Below, piece by piece: positions 21,262-31,652 of a stretch of DNA of 64,000 nt (the first letter of the stretch is position 1; each line of letters begins with the position of its first letter). Source of the DNA: an uncultured Acidobacteriota bacterium (lineage in GTDB: Bacteria > Acidobacteriota > Thermoanaerobaculia > Multivoradales > SZUA-115); assembly GCA_963805975.1 (NCBI GenBank), contig CAWDVR010000005.1:654156-718155 (forward strand), written 5' to 3'. Position numbers and translations under genes: made by a program. The notes beneath the pieces were generated by a model. It searched no databases. It saw only the letters and a program-made list of their open reading frames with translations, and was not told the origin of the DNA.

Positions 21262-21984
21262 CTACGGTTTCTCGGCCGGCGCCTCGACAACGTCGACCAC
21301 CGGCGGCAGGCGGTCGTGGCGGCGGTCCCAGAGGTTGACCACATCGGCAGAGCGCTCGAGCTCGGCGGTCCAGCGCACCACCTCCTCGTTGAGGCGCTGC
21401 TCGCGGAGCACGGCGCGGATCTGCTCTCGCACCTGCTCGAGCGGCGGCAGGGCCTCGCTCTGGGCGCCGAGCGCCGGTGCCATCACCTCGTCGTAGTAGC
21501 GGCGGATGTCGTCCGCGCTGACGAAGACGCGCGAGGCCAGGCGGCGCTCCACGTAGGTGAGGATGGCGAGCTGCCGCGCCACGATCTGCTTCAGGCCCGC
21601 CTCGGAGAGCGACTGCTCCCGCAGGCGCTGCTGATAGGCCTCCTCGGTGGGGAAGCGGCTGCGGATCTCCTCCACCTGCGCCTCGATCTCGGCCGGCGGC
21701 ACCTCCACCAGCCCCACGCGATCCACCTCGTGAAAGCGCAGGCGTTGCTCGATCAGGTCCTCGAGCACGCGGCGCGACAGCGCGTCCGGGCTCTCGTCCG
21801 GCTGCGGCGGAGGCTCGACCAGGCCCAGCCGGATGGCGCGCTCGACGTCCGAGAGGAGGATGGGCTCCTCGTCGACCACGGCGACGATGCGGTCCTTCAG
21901 TTGGCGCGCGGTCTCGCTGCTCCGGCCCTCCTCCTGGGCGCCGGCCGTGACCAGCAAGGAAGCCAGGAAAGCCGACGAAAACAC
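21262..21984 (-). CDS. SurA N-terminal-like periplasmic chaperone (no evident PPIase domain)
   Basis: DRIVAVVDEEPILLSDV, LEDLIEQRL; signal-like N-terminus. Confidence 0.75.
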   Translation of the reverse strand: MFSSAFLASLLVTAGAQEEGRSSETARQLKDRIVAVVDEEPILLSDVERAIRLGLVEPPPQPDESPDALSRRVLEDLIEQRLRFHEVDRVGLVEVPPAEIEAQVEEIRSRFPTEEAYQQRLREQSLSEAGLKQIVARQLAILTYVERRLASRVFVSADDIRRYYDEVMAPALGAQSEALPPLEQVREQIRAVLREQRLNEEVVRWTAELERSADVVNLWDRRHDRLPPVVDVVEAPAEKP

Positions 21985-22070
21985 GGAGAATACTGCTCAC
22001 GGAGGCCATGGTACCATCGCCCTCTCGCAGCCGCTGCGAGGCTGCCCCTTCCCAACCGGCTCCTCCCCAG

Positions 22071-22766
22071 ATGGAATCTCCTCGCGGCCGCCTGCTCGTC
22101 GTCTCCACCCCGATCGGCAATCTGGAAGACCTCTCGGCACGGGCTCGCGCGGCGTTCGTGCGCGCCGACCTCGTGGCCTGCGAGGACACGCGGCGCACCG
22201 GCCTGCTGCTCGCGCACCTGGGGATCAAGAAGCCCCTCATCTCGCTCCACGAGCACAACGAGAGGAGGCGGCTCGCCGGCCTGCTCGAAGCCCTGGCCGA
22301 AGGCCGCGTGATCGCCCTCGCCTCGGACGCCGGCACTCCCCTGGTCTCGGACCCCGGGTTCCTGCTGGTGCGCGAGGCCGCCGCGGCCGGCATCCCGGTC
22401 GAGCCGATCCCCGGGCCGTCGGCGCTCCTCGCGGCGCTCGTCGCCTCGGGCCTGCCGCCGTATCCGTTCACCTTCGCCGGCTTCCCGCCGCCCCGCGCCG
22501 GCAAGCGCCGCGCCTTCTACCGGGGGCTCGCCGAGCTGCCGCACACGCTTCTGATCTACGAGTCGCCCCACCGCGTGCTCGCGAGCCTGGAAGATGCGTG
22601 CGCCGAGCTGGGCGACCGCCCGGCCGCCCTCGCCCGCGAGCTCACCAAGCTGCACGAGGAGATCCTGCGCGGCCGGCTCTCGGAGATCGCAGCGGAGCTC
22701 GCCAGCCGGCCGGCGATCAAGGGGGAGATCGTGCTGGTGGTGGCGCCGCCTAGAGACCCGCGTTGA
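22071..22766 (+). CDS. rsmI: 16S rRNA C1402 2'-O-methyltransferase
   Basis: STPIGNLEDLS, CEDTR, SDAGTP..SDPG, YESPHR, RELTKLHEE. Confidence 0.96.
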   Translation: MESPRGRLLVVSTPIGNLEDLSARARAAFVRADLVACEDTRRTGLLLAHLGIKKPLISLHEHNERRRLAGLLEALAEGRVIALASDAGTPLVSDPGFLLVREAAAAGIPVEPIPGPSALLAALVASGLPPYPFTFAGFPPPRAGKRRAFYRGLAELPHTLLIYESPHRVLASLEDACAELGDRPAALARELTKLHEEILRGRLSEIAAELASRPAIKGEIVLVVAPPRDPR

Positions 22767-23853
22767 TCCAGCACCCGCCCAGCACCCGCGTGCCGCGGTA
22801 GAAGACCGCGGCCTGGCCGGGAGCGACGCCGCGCTGGGGCTCGTCGAACCGCACTTCGGCCGTGCCTCCGGGCAGGGCGCGGATGGTGGAGGGCACGCCG
22901 GGGTGACGGGAGCGGATCTTGACCGTGGCACGCACCGAGCCGTCCGGCTCGGTGAAGGCCGCGGGGTCGCCGATCCAGTGCAGGCGCTCGCCGGCCAGGC
23001 CCGCCGCGGCGAGCTCGTGCTCGCGGCCGACGATGACCCTGTTCTCGGCCGGCTCGACGGCCAGCACGTAGAGCCGCTCGCCGGCGGATACGCCCAGACC
23101 GCGGCGCTGGCCCACGGTGTAGCGGTAGTAGGGATCCCCGTGGCCGAGCGTCTCGCCGGAGCTCGCGACGATGGCCGCCGGCTCGACCGGCGGTGGTGCG
23201 AAGCGCTCGGGCCGGGCCGCCGCCTCGCGCTCCACGAACTCGCGCACGCTGCCGGAAACGAAGCACACCTCCATCGACTCGCCCTTGCCCGCCACCACCA
23301 GACCGGCCTCGCGGGCGAGGTCGCGCACCTGGCCCTTGGTGAGCTCGCCCAGCGGGAAGCGCGACGCCGCGAGCTGCTGGGGCTTGAGCTCGAAGAGGTA
23401 GTAGCTCTGGTCCTTCTCGGTGTCACGCGCGCTGTGCAGCTCGGGGCCGGCGGGCCCCGGCAGGATGCGCGCGTAGTGGCCGGTCGCCACCTCCTCGGCA
23501 CCCAGCGCGCGGGCCTTCTCGAGCAGCAGGTCGAACTTGATCCAGGTGTTGCAGCGCACGCAGGGCGAGGGCGTGCGGCCGGCCAGATAGTCGCCGACGA
23601 ACGGGTCCACCACCTGCTCCCGGAACTCGCGGTCCAGCCGCAGCGTGTAGTGAGGGATGCCGGCCTGCTGCGCCACGCGGCGGGCGTCCCCCAGGTCCAG
23701 GGCGCCGCAGCAGCGGCCGTTGGTCGCCTCTTCGCTCTGGTCCCAGAGCAGCATGGAGAGACCGATCACGGGCTCGCCGCGGGCGGCGAGCAGGTAGGCG
23801 GTGACCGAGGAGTCCAGGCCGCCGCTCATCGCCACGGCCACCAGCCGGCTCAC
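22750..23853 (-). CDS. mnmA: tRNA 2-thiouridine(34) synthase
   Basis: AMSGGLDSS, TPSPCVRCN, ATGHY, KDQSY, PGQAAVFY. Confidence 0.96.
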   Translation of the reverse strand: MSRLVAVAMSGGLDSSVTAYLLAARGEPVIGLSMLLWDQSEEATNGRCCGALDLGDARRVAQQAGIPHYTLRLDREFREQVVDPFVGDYLAGRTPSPCVRCNTWIKFDLLLEKARALGAEEVATGHYARILPGPAGPELHSARDTEKDQSYYLFELKPQQLAASRFPLGELTKGQVRDLAREAGLVVAGKGESMEVCFVSGSVREFVEREAAARPERFAPPPVEPAAIVASSGETLGHGDPYYRYTVGQRRGLGVSAGERLYVLAVEPAENRVIVGREHELAAAGLAGERLHWIGDPAAFTEPDGSVRATVKIRSRHPGVPSTIRALPGGTAEVRFDEPQRGVAPGQAAVFYRGTRVLGGCWINAGL

Positions 23854-25031
23854 GCGACCCTCGCTGCCCCGGCCGTCGAGGGAGGGGCCAGTGGTGAGAC
23901 CCGCCGCAGCGCGGCCACCTCACGGGCCAGCACCGGCAGGAAGGCGTCGACCTCCTCCGGGGTGTTGGTCAGGCCGAAGCTGATGCGCAGCGACGCCAGG
24001 GCCTCGCGCGGGGTGAGGCCCATGGCGAGGAGCGCCTTGCTGGGCTCGACGATGCCCGCCGAGCAGGCGGCGCCGGTCGAGACCGCGAAGCCGGCGAGAT
24101 CCAGCCGGATGAGGAGCGACTCGGCCTCGAGACCGAGAAAGGCGACGTGCGAGGTGTGGGGCAGCCGCAGCGCCTGCCGGCAGTGGACCACGGCGCCCGG
24201 CACGGCGGCCAGCCCGGCCTCGAAGCGCCCGCGCAGGGCGGAGAGCCGCGTGTGGCGGCCCTGGAGCTCGAGCCGCGCCAGCTCCGCGGCTCTGCCGAGC
24301 CCGACGATCGCCGGCACGTTCTCGGTCGAGGCCCGGCGGCGGCGCTCCTGGCTGCCGCCGACGAGCAGGGCGGAGAAGAGCGCTCCCGGCCGCACCCAGA
24401 GGGCGGCAGCGCCGAGCGGGCCGTGGAACTTGTGGCCGCCGATCACCAGGTAGTCGACGCCGAGCTCTTGGGCGTCGACGGCGATCTTGCCCACCGCCTG
24501 CACGGCGTCCGAGAGCACCGGGATGCCGAGCCCGCGGCAGGCGCGGGCGACCTCGGCGACCGGCTGCACGGTGCCCACCTCGTTGTTGGCGAGCATCAGG
24601 CAGACCAGCCGGGTGTCGGGCCGCAGGGCCGCCTCGACGGCCCCCGCGTCGATCACGCCGTCGCCTGACGGGGCCACCCGTGTCGCCTGCATGCCGGCGG
24701 CCTCGAGCCGCTCGACGGCCTGGCGGACAGACGGATGCTCGAAAGCAGAGAGCACGAGGTGGCCGCGGTAGCCCGCCGCGGCACCCACAGCGGCGACCAC
24801 GGCGTTGTTGGCCTCGGTGCCGGAGGCGGTGAAGACGATCTCGACGGCGCGCACTCCGAGCAGAGCGGCCACCTCGGCGCGGGCCGCTTCGACCGCCTCG
24901 CGCGCCGCCTGCCCGAAGCGGTGGATGGACGAGGGATTGCCGTGGCGGCTGCCCAGCCAGGGCATCATGGCCTCGGCCACGCGCGGGTCGAGGGGCGTGG
25001 TGGCGTTGTGGTCGAAGTAGACGGCGTCCAT
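23850..25031 (-). CDS. iscS: Cysteine desulfurase (IscS/NifS)
   Basis: YFDHNATTP, ANNEVG, GHKFHGP, STGAAC; coupled to mnmA. Confidence 0.92.
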   Translation of the reverse strand: MDAVYFDHNATTPLDPRVAEAMMPWLGSRHGNPSSIHRFGQAAREAVEAARAEVAALLGVRAVEIVFTASGTEANNAVVAAVGAAAGYRGHLVLSAFEHPSVRQAVERLEAAGMQATRVAPSGDGVIDAGAVEAALRPDTRLVCLMLANNEVGTVQPVAEVARACRGLGIPVLSDAVQAVGKIAVDAQELGVDYLVIGGHKFHGPLGAAALWVRPGALFSALLVGGSQERRRRASTENVPAIVGLGRAAELARLELQGRHTRLSALRGRFEAGLAAVPGAVVHCRQALRLPHTSHVAFLGLEAESLLIRLDLAGFAVSTGAACSAGIVEPSKALLAMGLTPREALASLRISFGLTNTPEEVDAFLPVLAREVAALRRVSPLAPPSTAGAARVA

Positions 25032-25054
25032 GATCGTCTTCATTGTAGCCCCCG

Positions 25055-25070
25055 CGGCCCGTGCCTTGCA
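25055..25070 (+). promoter_or_regulatory. Candidate sigma-54 promoter of GWxTD-VWA paralogs 1-2
   Basis: CGGCCCGTGCCTTGCA = GG-N10-GC with a TTGCA -12 box. Confidence 0.55.
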
Positions 25071-25125
25071 TGCCGCGGTGGGCTTCGCGAGCCGGCTGCA
25101 CCCTCCGAATCCGTAGAAAGAGACG

Positions 25126-27660
25126 ATGAATAGAAACAGCTCCCGCTCCCTCCCGGTCCTCGCCACGCTGGCGGTGCTCGGTCTCGCGCTCGCAACGGCC
25201 CCTCCCGCCCGGGCCAAGGAGAAGGACGCCGACCTGGTCCAGGCTCTGCCTGCCAAGTACCAGACCTGGCTCGAGGAGGTCGACGTCCTGATCTCGAAAG
25301 AGGAGAAGGCGTCCTTTCTCGAGCTCAGAGAGGACTACCACCGGGACGCCTTCATCGAGCGCTTCTGGAAAGCGCGCGACCCCTACCCGGACACCGCCCG
25401 GAACGAGTTCCGCGACCGCTACCAGGAGATCTTGGCGCACGCCCGAGCCACCTACAGTGACCTCAAGGAGGAGCGGGCGCGCATGCTGCTCCTGAACGGC
25501 GAGCCGGCGGACGTCCGCGCGGTGCAGTGCTCGACCCTGCTGTGGCCCATCGAGCTCTGGATCTACGCCGGCAGCGACCGGGTCCGCTCGGACTTCTTCC
25601 TCGTCTTCTACCGCAAATGGGGCGGCGGCCGGTTCGTGCTGTGGCGGCCGATCGAGGGCCTGGAGCAGCTCTTCCAGGATCAGATGGGGGGCCAGAGCCC
25701 CGGCGCCAACGCCCTGCTGCGCATGATCTACGACCGTTGCTATCGCGGCGACGAGGTGGCGGGCATCCTCGGCTCGATCGTCAGCCAGGGCGCCATGGGT
25801 TACGAGATGCTGCTCGCCGAGGTCACCGAGAAGCCCGACCCTCCCGAGAGCGAGTGGGTCTCCACCTTCGAGGCCTACTCGACCGACCTGCCGCAGGGCG
25901 CGGCCACCCTGCCGGCCCGGGTGGAAGTTCTCTTTCCCGGGCGCCGGCAGAACCGTACCGCCGTCGAAGGCGTGGTCACCGTGCCGCTCGCCGAGGCGGG
26001 CCAGGCCGCGCTCGCCGACTTCCGCTCCTACAACTTCGTGCTCACCGGCGAGGTGCTGTCGGAAGCCGAGCTCTTCGATTCCTTCCGCTACAAGTTCGAC
26101 GTCCCGGTGCCGGAAGCGGGAGGCGAGTCCCTGCCCCTCGTGTTCCAGCGCTACCTGCGGCCAGGCTCCTACCGCTTGGTGGTCAAGCTCGAGGATCTGA
26201 ACAGCAAGAAGTTCTTCCGCGCCGACCTGCCGCTCGTCGTGCCCGCGGTCGGCGAGACACCACCTCCGGCGCCCGACGCCGAGACCGCGCGCCTCCTGGC
26301 CGAGGCCAACGCCGTGCTCGCCATGGGCGAGACCACGCTCCAGATCATCGAGCCCCAGGGCGAGCTCCTCTCCGGCATGCGGCGCATCGACACGCTGGTG
26401 ACCGGTCGCGACATCACCCGCGTGACCTTCCGGCTCGACGGCCGCGAGGTGCTGATCAAGAAGACGCCGCCCTACTCGGTGGAGCTCGACCTGGGATCGC
26501 TGCCCCGGCCCCGTACCCTCGAGGCCTTCGCCTACGACGCCTCCGGCCGCGAGCTGGCCTCGGACCGGGTGATCGTCAACGCCACCCCGCACCGCTTCAG
26601 CGTGCGCCTGGCCGAGCCTCGGCGCGGCGTGACCTACAAGGGGAGCCTGGTGGCCCGCGCCGAGGTCGAGGTGCCGGAGGGCCGCTCCGTCGAGCGCGTC
26701 GAGTTCTTCTTGAACGAGACCCGCGTCGCCACCCTCTACCAGCCGCCCTTCGAGCAGCCGATCGTGCTGCCGGAGAATGAGCCCCTGGCCTACGTGCAGG
26801 CCGTGGTCTACCTGCCGGACGGCAACTCCACCCAGGACCTGGTGTTCGTCAACGCGCCCGACCTCCTGGAGGAGATCGACATCCAGTTCGTCGAGCTCTA
26901 CACCACCGCTCTCGACCGCGACGGCCGTCCCAGCCTGGGGGTGGAGGAGAAGGACTTCCGGGTCTTCGAGGACGGCGTGGCGCAGGAGATCCGCCGCTTC
27001 GAGGTGGTGCGCGACCTGCCGATCCACACCGCGGTGGTGCTCGACGTCTCGGGCTCGATGGAGGAGAGCCTGGGCCAGGCGCGCGAGGCGGCGCTGGGCT
27101 TCTTCCAGCAGATCCTCAAGCCCAAGGACCGCGCGGCGCTGGTCACCTTCAACGACCGGCCGACGCTCGACGTCAAGTTCACCAACGAGGTCAACGCCCT
27201 CGCCGGCGGTCTCGCGGGGCTGAAGGCGGAGCGTGGCACGGCGCTCTACGACAGCCTGATCTTCGGCCTCTACTACTTCAACGGCATCAAGGGCCAGCGC
27301 GCCCTGCTGCTGCTCTCGGACGGCAAGGACGAGTCCAGCCGCTTCAAGTACGAGGACGCGCTCGAGTACGCCCGCCGCGCCGGGGTGACGATCTACGCCA
27401 TCGGCCTCGAGCTGCCCAAGGGTGAGGCGCGCCGCGAGCTGTCGCGCTTTGCGGACGAGACCGGTGGCCGCGCCTACTTCCTCGACTCGGTGGCCGGGCT
27501 GCCGGCGATCTACTCCGCCATCGAAGAGGAGCTGCGCTCGCAGTACTTGATCGCCTACCAGTCGGCGAACACCGCGAAGTCGACGGCCTTCCGCGCGGTG
27601 GAGGTCAAGATCGAGCGGCCGGGCTTCGAGGCCAAGACCATCCGGGGGTACTACCCGTGA
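25126..27660 (+). CDS. Secreted GWxTD-like/Ig-like x2/VWA protein, paralog 1
   Basis: Signal peptide; WLEEV..LI..EE...F, FIERFW..RDP.PDT..NE, ARMLLLNGEP; MIDAS DVSGS...GTALYD...LSDG; ends GYYP. Confidence 0.85.
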   Translation: MNRNSSRSLPVLATLAVLGLALATAPPARAKEKDADLVQALPAKYQTWLEEVDVLISKEEKASFLELREDYHRDAFIERFWKARDPYPDTARNEFRDRYQEILAHARATYSDLKEERARMLLLNGEPADVRAVQCSTLLWPIELWIYAGSDRVRSDFFLVFYRKWGGGRFVLWRPIEGLEQLFQDQMGGQSPGANALLRMIYDRCYRGDEVAGILGSIVSQGAMGYEMLLAEVTEKPDPPESEWVSTFEAYSTDLPQGAATLPARVEVLFPGRRQNRTAVEGVVTVPLAEAGQAALADFRSYNFVLTGEVLSEAELFDSFRYKFDVPVPEAGGESLPLVFQRYLRPGSYRLVVKLEDLNSKKFFRADLPLVVPAVGETPPPAPDAETARLLAEANAVLAMGETTLQIIEPQGELLSGMRRIDTLVTGRDITRVTFRLDGREVLIKKTPPYSVELDLGSLPRPRTLEAFAYDASGRELASDRVIVNATPHRFSVRLAEPRRGVTYKGSLVARAEVEVPEGRSVERVEFFLNETRVATLYQPPFEQPIVLPENEPLAYVQAVVYLPDGNSTQDLVFVNAPDLLEEIDIQFVELYTTALDRDGRPSLGVEEKDFRVFEDGVAQEIRRFEVVRDLPIHTAVVLDVSGSMEESLGQAREAALGFFQQILKPKDRAALVTFNDRPTLDVKFTNEVNALAGGLAGLKAERGTALYDSLIFGLYYFNGIKGQRALLLLSDGKDESSRFKYEDALEYARRAGVTIYAIGLELPKGEARRELSRFADETGGRAYFLDSVAGLPAIYSAIEEELRSQYLIAYQSANTAKSTAFRAVEVKIERPGFEAKTIRGYYP

Positions 27661-27705
27661 GCCATCTCCTGCGGCGCTCGTTGCCGTAGAGTCTGCGGAG
27701 ACATC

Positions 27706-30249
27706 ATGCGCCGCGACCTCCCGCCCCTGCTGCTCGCCGCCGCTCTGCTGGCCGTCGGCTCCGCGGCGGCCAGCGCGCCGGCGGCCCGCACCGAGCCGCC
27801 AGCGGTCGAGAAGCCGCAGGCCGGCGCTCCGGCAGAAGGCGGGCTGCCGCTCCAGTACCGCCAGTGGCTGGAGGAGGTCTCGGTGCTGATCACCGAGGAG
27901 GAGCGGCAGGTCTTCCTGGGGCTACAGAAGGACTACCAGCGCGACGCCTTCATCGACCGCTTCTGGCGCGAGCGCGACCCTTACCCGGACACCGGTAGAA
28001 ACGAGCTCCGCGAGCGCTGGAGCGAACGGGTGGACCTGGCGCGTGCCACCTTCCGCCGCCTGGACGACGCGCGCGCCAAGGTGCTGCTGCTCAACGGCGC
28101 GCCCGAGGTCCAGCGCCGGGTGCAGTGCCGCGCTGCCTTCTGGCCGCTCGAGCTGTGGTTCTATCCCGGTGGCAGCGACCTCTTCCGCTCCCGCTTCGTG
28201 GTCCTCTTCTACCAGCCCGGAGGCGGCGGGCCGTTCCGCATCTGGCACCAGAGCTTCGGCCGCCAGGAGCTGGTGAGCTTCGACACCGACGCGAGCTGCC
28301 AGCCCGACGACGTCGAGCTGATCCGCATCGCGCTGCGCTGGATCGACGAAGAGGGCGACGTGGGCTACAGGAGCCTGCTCGATCGCGTCTCCTCGTCCCC
28401 CGGCCTGGGCGGCCGCGAGTGGGTGGCGACCTTCAACTCGTACTCGACGGACCTGCCGGCGGGTGCCGAGACCTTCGCCGCCGAGGTGGCGCTCGACTTT
28501 CCCGGTTTTCACCAGAACCGCACGGTGGTGCAAGGCGCGGTTCTGATCTCCCCGGAGGCGGTGAAGGCTGCCGAGCTGGGCGGCGAGAAGAGCTACAACT
28601 TCGTGCTCACCGGCGAGGTGCTGCAAGGGCCGGCGCTCTTCGACTCCTTCCGCTACAAGTTCGACCTGCCGGCCGCGGCCCTTCCGGCGGGTACCGCCGG
28701 CGCCAGGATGCCCCTGGTCTTCCAGCGCTACCTGCGTCCGGGTGGGCCCTACACGCTGGTGGTCAAGGTGGAGGACCTGGCGGCCCGGCGGTTCTTCCGA
28801 CTGGAGCGCGCCTTCGAGGTGCCGCGGGTCACCGAGCCCGAGCTTGCGCCGCCGCTCGACCCGCGCCTCGCCGAGGTGCTGGCCGAGGCCAACGCCGCGC
28901 TCGCCGCGGGCGAGACCACGGTCAAGGTGGTGCCGCCCTTCGGTGATCTCCTGACCGGCTTCGTGCGCTTCGACACCGTGGTCACGGGCAGCGAGGTGCG
29001 GCAGGTGCGGTTCGAGCTCGACGGCGAGCCCATCCTCACCAAGACCAAGCCACCGTTCTCGGTGGAGCTCGACCTGGGAGACTTCCCGCGCCCGCACACG
29101 CTCCGCGCCACGGCCTTCGCCGAGAGCGGCGAGGAGCTCGCGAGCCACGAGATGCTGGTGAACTTGACCGGCAGCCGCTTCCGCGTGCGGCTCACCGAGC
29201 CCCACCGCGGCAAGCGCTACGAGAAGAGCCTGCGGGCACGGGCCGAGGTGGAGGTGCCCCAGGGCGACGCCTGCGAGCGGGTCGAGATGTACCTGAACGA
29301 CACCCTGGTCGCCACCCTCTACCAGCCGCCCTATGTGCAGCCGATCCTGCTGCCCGAGAAGCAGGAGTCGCTCTTCGTCCGTGCCGTGGCCTACCGCACT
29401 GACGGCGGCTTCTCCGAGGACGTGGTGTTCCTCAACACGCCCGGCTACGGCGAGGAGGTCGCCATCCAGCTGGTCGAGCTCTACACCTCGGTGCTCGACC
29501 GCCAGGGCCGTCCCGTGACGGGCTTGCAGCAGGGCGATTTCCGGGTGAAGGAGGACGGTGTCGAGCAGGAGATCGCGCGCTTCGAGCAGGTGCGCGACCT
29601 GCCGTTCCACGCCGCCATCGTGCTCGACACCTCGGCCTCGATGGCAGACCGTATCGAGGCCGCGCGCGCCGCGGCGCTCGAGTTCTTCGAGCACTCGATC
29701 CGGCCGCGGGACCGGGCGGCGCTCCTCACCTTCAACGACCGGCCCTACCTCACCGTGCCCTTCACCAACGATCCCAAGGTCTTCGGCCCCGGCCTCGCGG
29801 GCTTGAAAGCCGAGCGCGGCACGGCGCTCCACGACAGCCTGATCTACTCGCTCTTCTACTTCACGGGAGTGACCGGCCAGCGGGCGCTGATCGTGATCTC
29901 CGACGGCAAGGACGAGTCCAGCCGCTTCGAGTTCGACCAGGCCCTGGAGTACGCCCGCCGCGCCGGCATCACGGTCTACACCATCTCGCTGGGCCTCGAA
30001 AAAAAGGAAGCCGCGGCGAAAAAGGCCCTCACCCGACTGGCGGACGAGACCGGCGGCCGGAGCTTCTTCCTCGGCTCGATCGCGGAGCTACCCGCCGTCT
30101 ACTCCTCGATCGAGGAGGAGCTGCGCTCGCAGTACCTGGTGGCCTACCAGTCGAAGAACACCGCGCGCGACCGTGCCTTCCGCTCGATCGACCTCGAAGT
30201 CGCCCGCCGGGGCGTGGAAGTGAAGACGCTACGGGGGTATTACCCGTAG
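27706..30249 (+). CDS. Secreted GWxTD-like/Ig-like x2/VWA protein, paralog 2
   Basis: Same architecture; DTSAS MIDAS; long identical blocks with paralog 1. Confidence 0.85.
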   Translation: MRRDLPPLLLAAALLAVGSAAASAPAARTEPPAVEKPQAGAPAEGGLPLQYRQWLEEVSVLITEEERQVFLGLQKDYQRDAFIDRFWRERDPYPDTGRNELRERWSERVDLARATFRRLDDARAKVLLLNGAPEVQRRVQCRAAFWPLELWFYPGGSDLFRSRFVVLFYQPGGGGPFRIWHQSFGRQELVSFDTDASCQPDDVELIRIALRWIDEEGDVGYRSLLDRVSSSPGLGGREWVATFNSYSTDLPAGAETFAAEVALDFPGFHQNRTVVQGAVLISPEAVKAAELGGEKSYNFVLTGEVLQGPALFDSFRYKFDLPAAALPAGTAGARMPLVFQRYLRPGGPYTLVVKVEDLAARRFFRLERAFEVPRVTEPELAPPLDPRLAEVLAEANAALAAGETTVKVVPPFGDLLTGFVRFDTVVTGSEVRQVRFELDGEPILTKTKPPFSVELDLGDFPRPHTLRATAFAESGEELASHEMLVNLTGSRFRVRLTEPHRGKRYEKSLRARAEVEVPQGDACERVEMYLNDTLVATLYQPPYVQPILLPEKQESLFVRAVAYRTDGGFSEDVVFLNTPGYGEEVAIQLVELYTSVLDRQGRPVTGLQQGDFRVKEDGVEQEIARFEQVRDLPFHAAIVLDTSASMADRIEAARAAALEFFEHSIRPRDRAALLTFNDRPYLTVPFTNDPKVFGPGLAGLKAERGTALHDSLIYSLFYFTGVTGQRALIVISDGKDESSRFEFDQALEYARRAGITVYTISLGLEKKEAAAKKALTRLADETGGRSFFLGSIAELPAVYSSIEEELRSQYLVAYQSKNTARDRAFRSIDLEVARRGVEVKTLRGYYP

Positions 30250-30318
30250 GGGCTCGTCCGCCCTGTTCCGGCGTGCCTCGCGGGATCATCGATAGACTAG
30301 GCATCGGAGGTGTCCGCC

Positions 30319-30525
30319 ATGTCCCACACGTTCACGCTCGAGTACTGGCCCGATGAGGACGGCTACGTCGGCCGGCTGCGCGAGGTCCCCAGCGTCTTCA
30401 GCCAGGGAGACACGGTCGCCGAGCTCGAGGAGAACATCCGTGACGCGTACGCGCTGCTGCTCGAAGACGAGCTGGAGGACCATCACCCGCAGGCACTGCG
30501 CAAGGCAATCGAGGTCGCTGTTTGA
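30319..30525 (+). CDS. hicB: HicB-family antitoxin (short form)
   Basis: GGAGG RBS; GYVG...EVPSVFSQGDTVAELEENIRDA. Confidence 0.85.
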   Translation: MSHTFTLEYWPDEDGYVGRLREVPSVFSQGDTVAELEENIRDAYALLLEDELEDHHPQALRKAIEVAV

Positions 30526-30701
30526 AGCGCAGCTCCTTCCTGCGCGAGCTGGCTGAAGCTGGCTGCGAGCTTCATCGCCACGGCAAGAAGCACGACCTTT
30601 ATCGCAACCCGAAGAACGGCGCGAAATCGCCCGTACCGCGTCACACCGAGATCAAGAACAGCCTCTGCACGCTGATCCGCAAGCAGCTCGGCATTGGCTA
30701 G
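30522..30701 (+). CDS. hicA: HicA-family toxin (59 aa, missing from the ORF track)
   Basis: TTG start overlapping the hicB stop; MKRSSFLRELAEAGCELHRHGKKHDLYRNPKNGAKSPVPRHTEIKNSLCTLIRKQLGIG. Confidence 0.9.
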   Translation: MKRSSFLRELAEAGCELHRHGKKHDLYRNPKNGAKSPVPRHTEIKNSLCTLIRKQLGIG

Positions 30702-30794
30702 CAGGCTCCGACTGCCACGTAGTACCCGTGAGGCGTGCTGAGCTGCGCGGTGCGCAAAGGCCGGCTAGAATGAATGGCCTACTGAGGAGGCTCG

Positions 30795-30992
30795 ATGAGC
30801 ACGATGACCCTGACCGCAAAGGACCGAATGATGCGGGTGCTCCAGGAGCAGCCGGACGACAGCACCTACGTAGAGCTGCTGCGGGAGCTGGCCTTCGAGC
30901 GGATGATCGAAGACGGGATCGAGGATCTGGACGCAGGGAGAGTCGTGAGCCACGAAGAGGCGCTGCGCGAGATTCAATCGTGGGGAAAGTGA
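30795..30992 (+). CDS. Antitoxin of a ParE/RelE module
   Basis: IEDGIEDLDAGRVVSHEEA motif; overlaps the toxin gene. Confidence 0.8.
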   Translation: MSTMTLTAKDRMMRVLQEQPDDSTYVELLRELAFERMIEDGIEDLDAGRVVSHEEALREIQSWGK

Positions 30993-31276
30993 AGTGGAGT
31001 CGGACGGCCCTCTCATGATTGCGAGAGATCCGCGCTTATATCGCAAGGGACAACCCGAGGGCCGCGCTGCGTACCGTGAGCGGCATCGTAGAGCGCATTG
31101 AGATCCTCAGCCGCTTCCCCGAGATCGGTCAGCGCTACACGACGAAGTCCGGCAAGGAGTGCCGGATTCTGCTTTACGGCCACTACCGCATCGCCTACCG
31201 AGCCAATGCTGAAGGAGATGTCGAGCTGATCGGAATCTTCCACGGCGCTCTCGACATCGAGCGATTCCTCAGCTAG
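30980..31276 (+). pseudogene. ParE/RelE toxin with an in-frame TGA at 31016-31018
   Basis: VGKVKWSRTALS*LREIRAYIARDNPRAA...FPEIG...YRIAY...IFHGALD, all in one frame. Confidence 0.8.
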
Positions 31277-31400
31277 AGCAGGGCCCGAGCCGCTGACCTA
31301 TCGCATCCCGGAGCCCGCGACCCAGCTCCGGTCGGCTGAGACAGGGTCTCTCCTGCGTCGCGGCTGTCGTTGGGCTCGCCTCAATTCCGCATGCTGCGCG

Positions 31401-31652
31401 CTACTCGTCCGGGTTCAGATTGAAGCGGTGCTTCATCTCGAGGATCACCTGATTCACGACTGCAAGACTTGCTTCGGACAGGCCTGAAGCCCGGAGACGG
31501 AGCGTCGACACTTCCCAATTGCAGCCGTCCTCATCTGGCTGGAGAGCGTCGATGTAGCCCACGCCAATCTCGTGGCACTCTGGGTACTTTGCAAGCTCCT
31601 GGTTAAGGATCTCCAGAAGCCGCTCCCGCGACACCTCTTCTCGTCGAGTCAT
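31401..31652 (-). CDS. Hypothetical protein (83 aa, PDEDGCNW motif)
   Basis: GGAGG RBS before ATG; lower-GC codon usage. Confidence 0.6.
   Translation of the reverse strand: MTRREEVSRERLLEILNQELAKYPECHEIGVGYIDALQPDEDGCNWEVSTLRLRASGLSEASLAVVNQVILEMKHRFNLNPDE

Noticed and set aside
31016-31018. TGA in the ParE gene as selenocysteine or a recoded stop
   Set aside because: The position does not align with Cys, no convincing SECIS, and TGA terminates many other genes in the window
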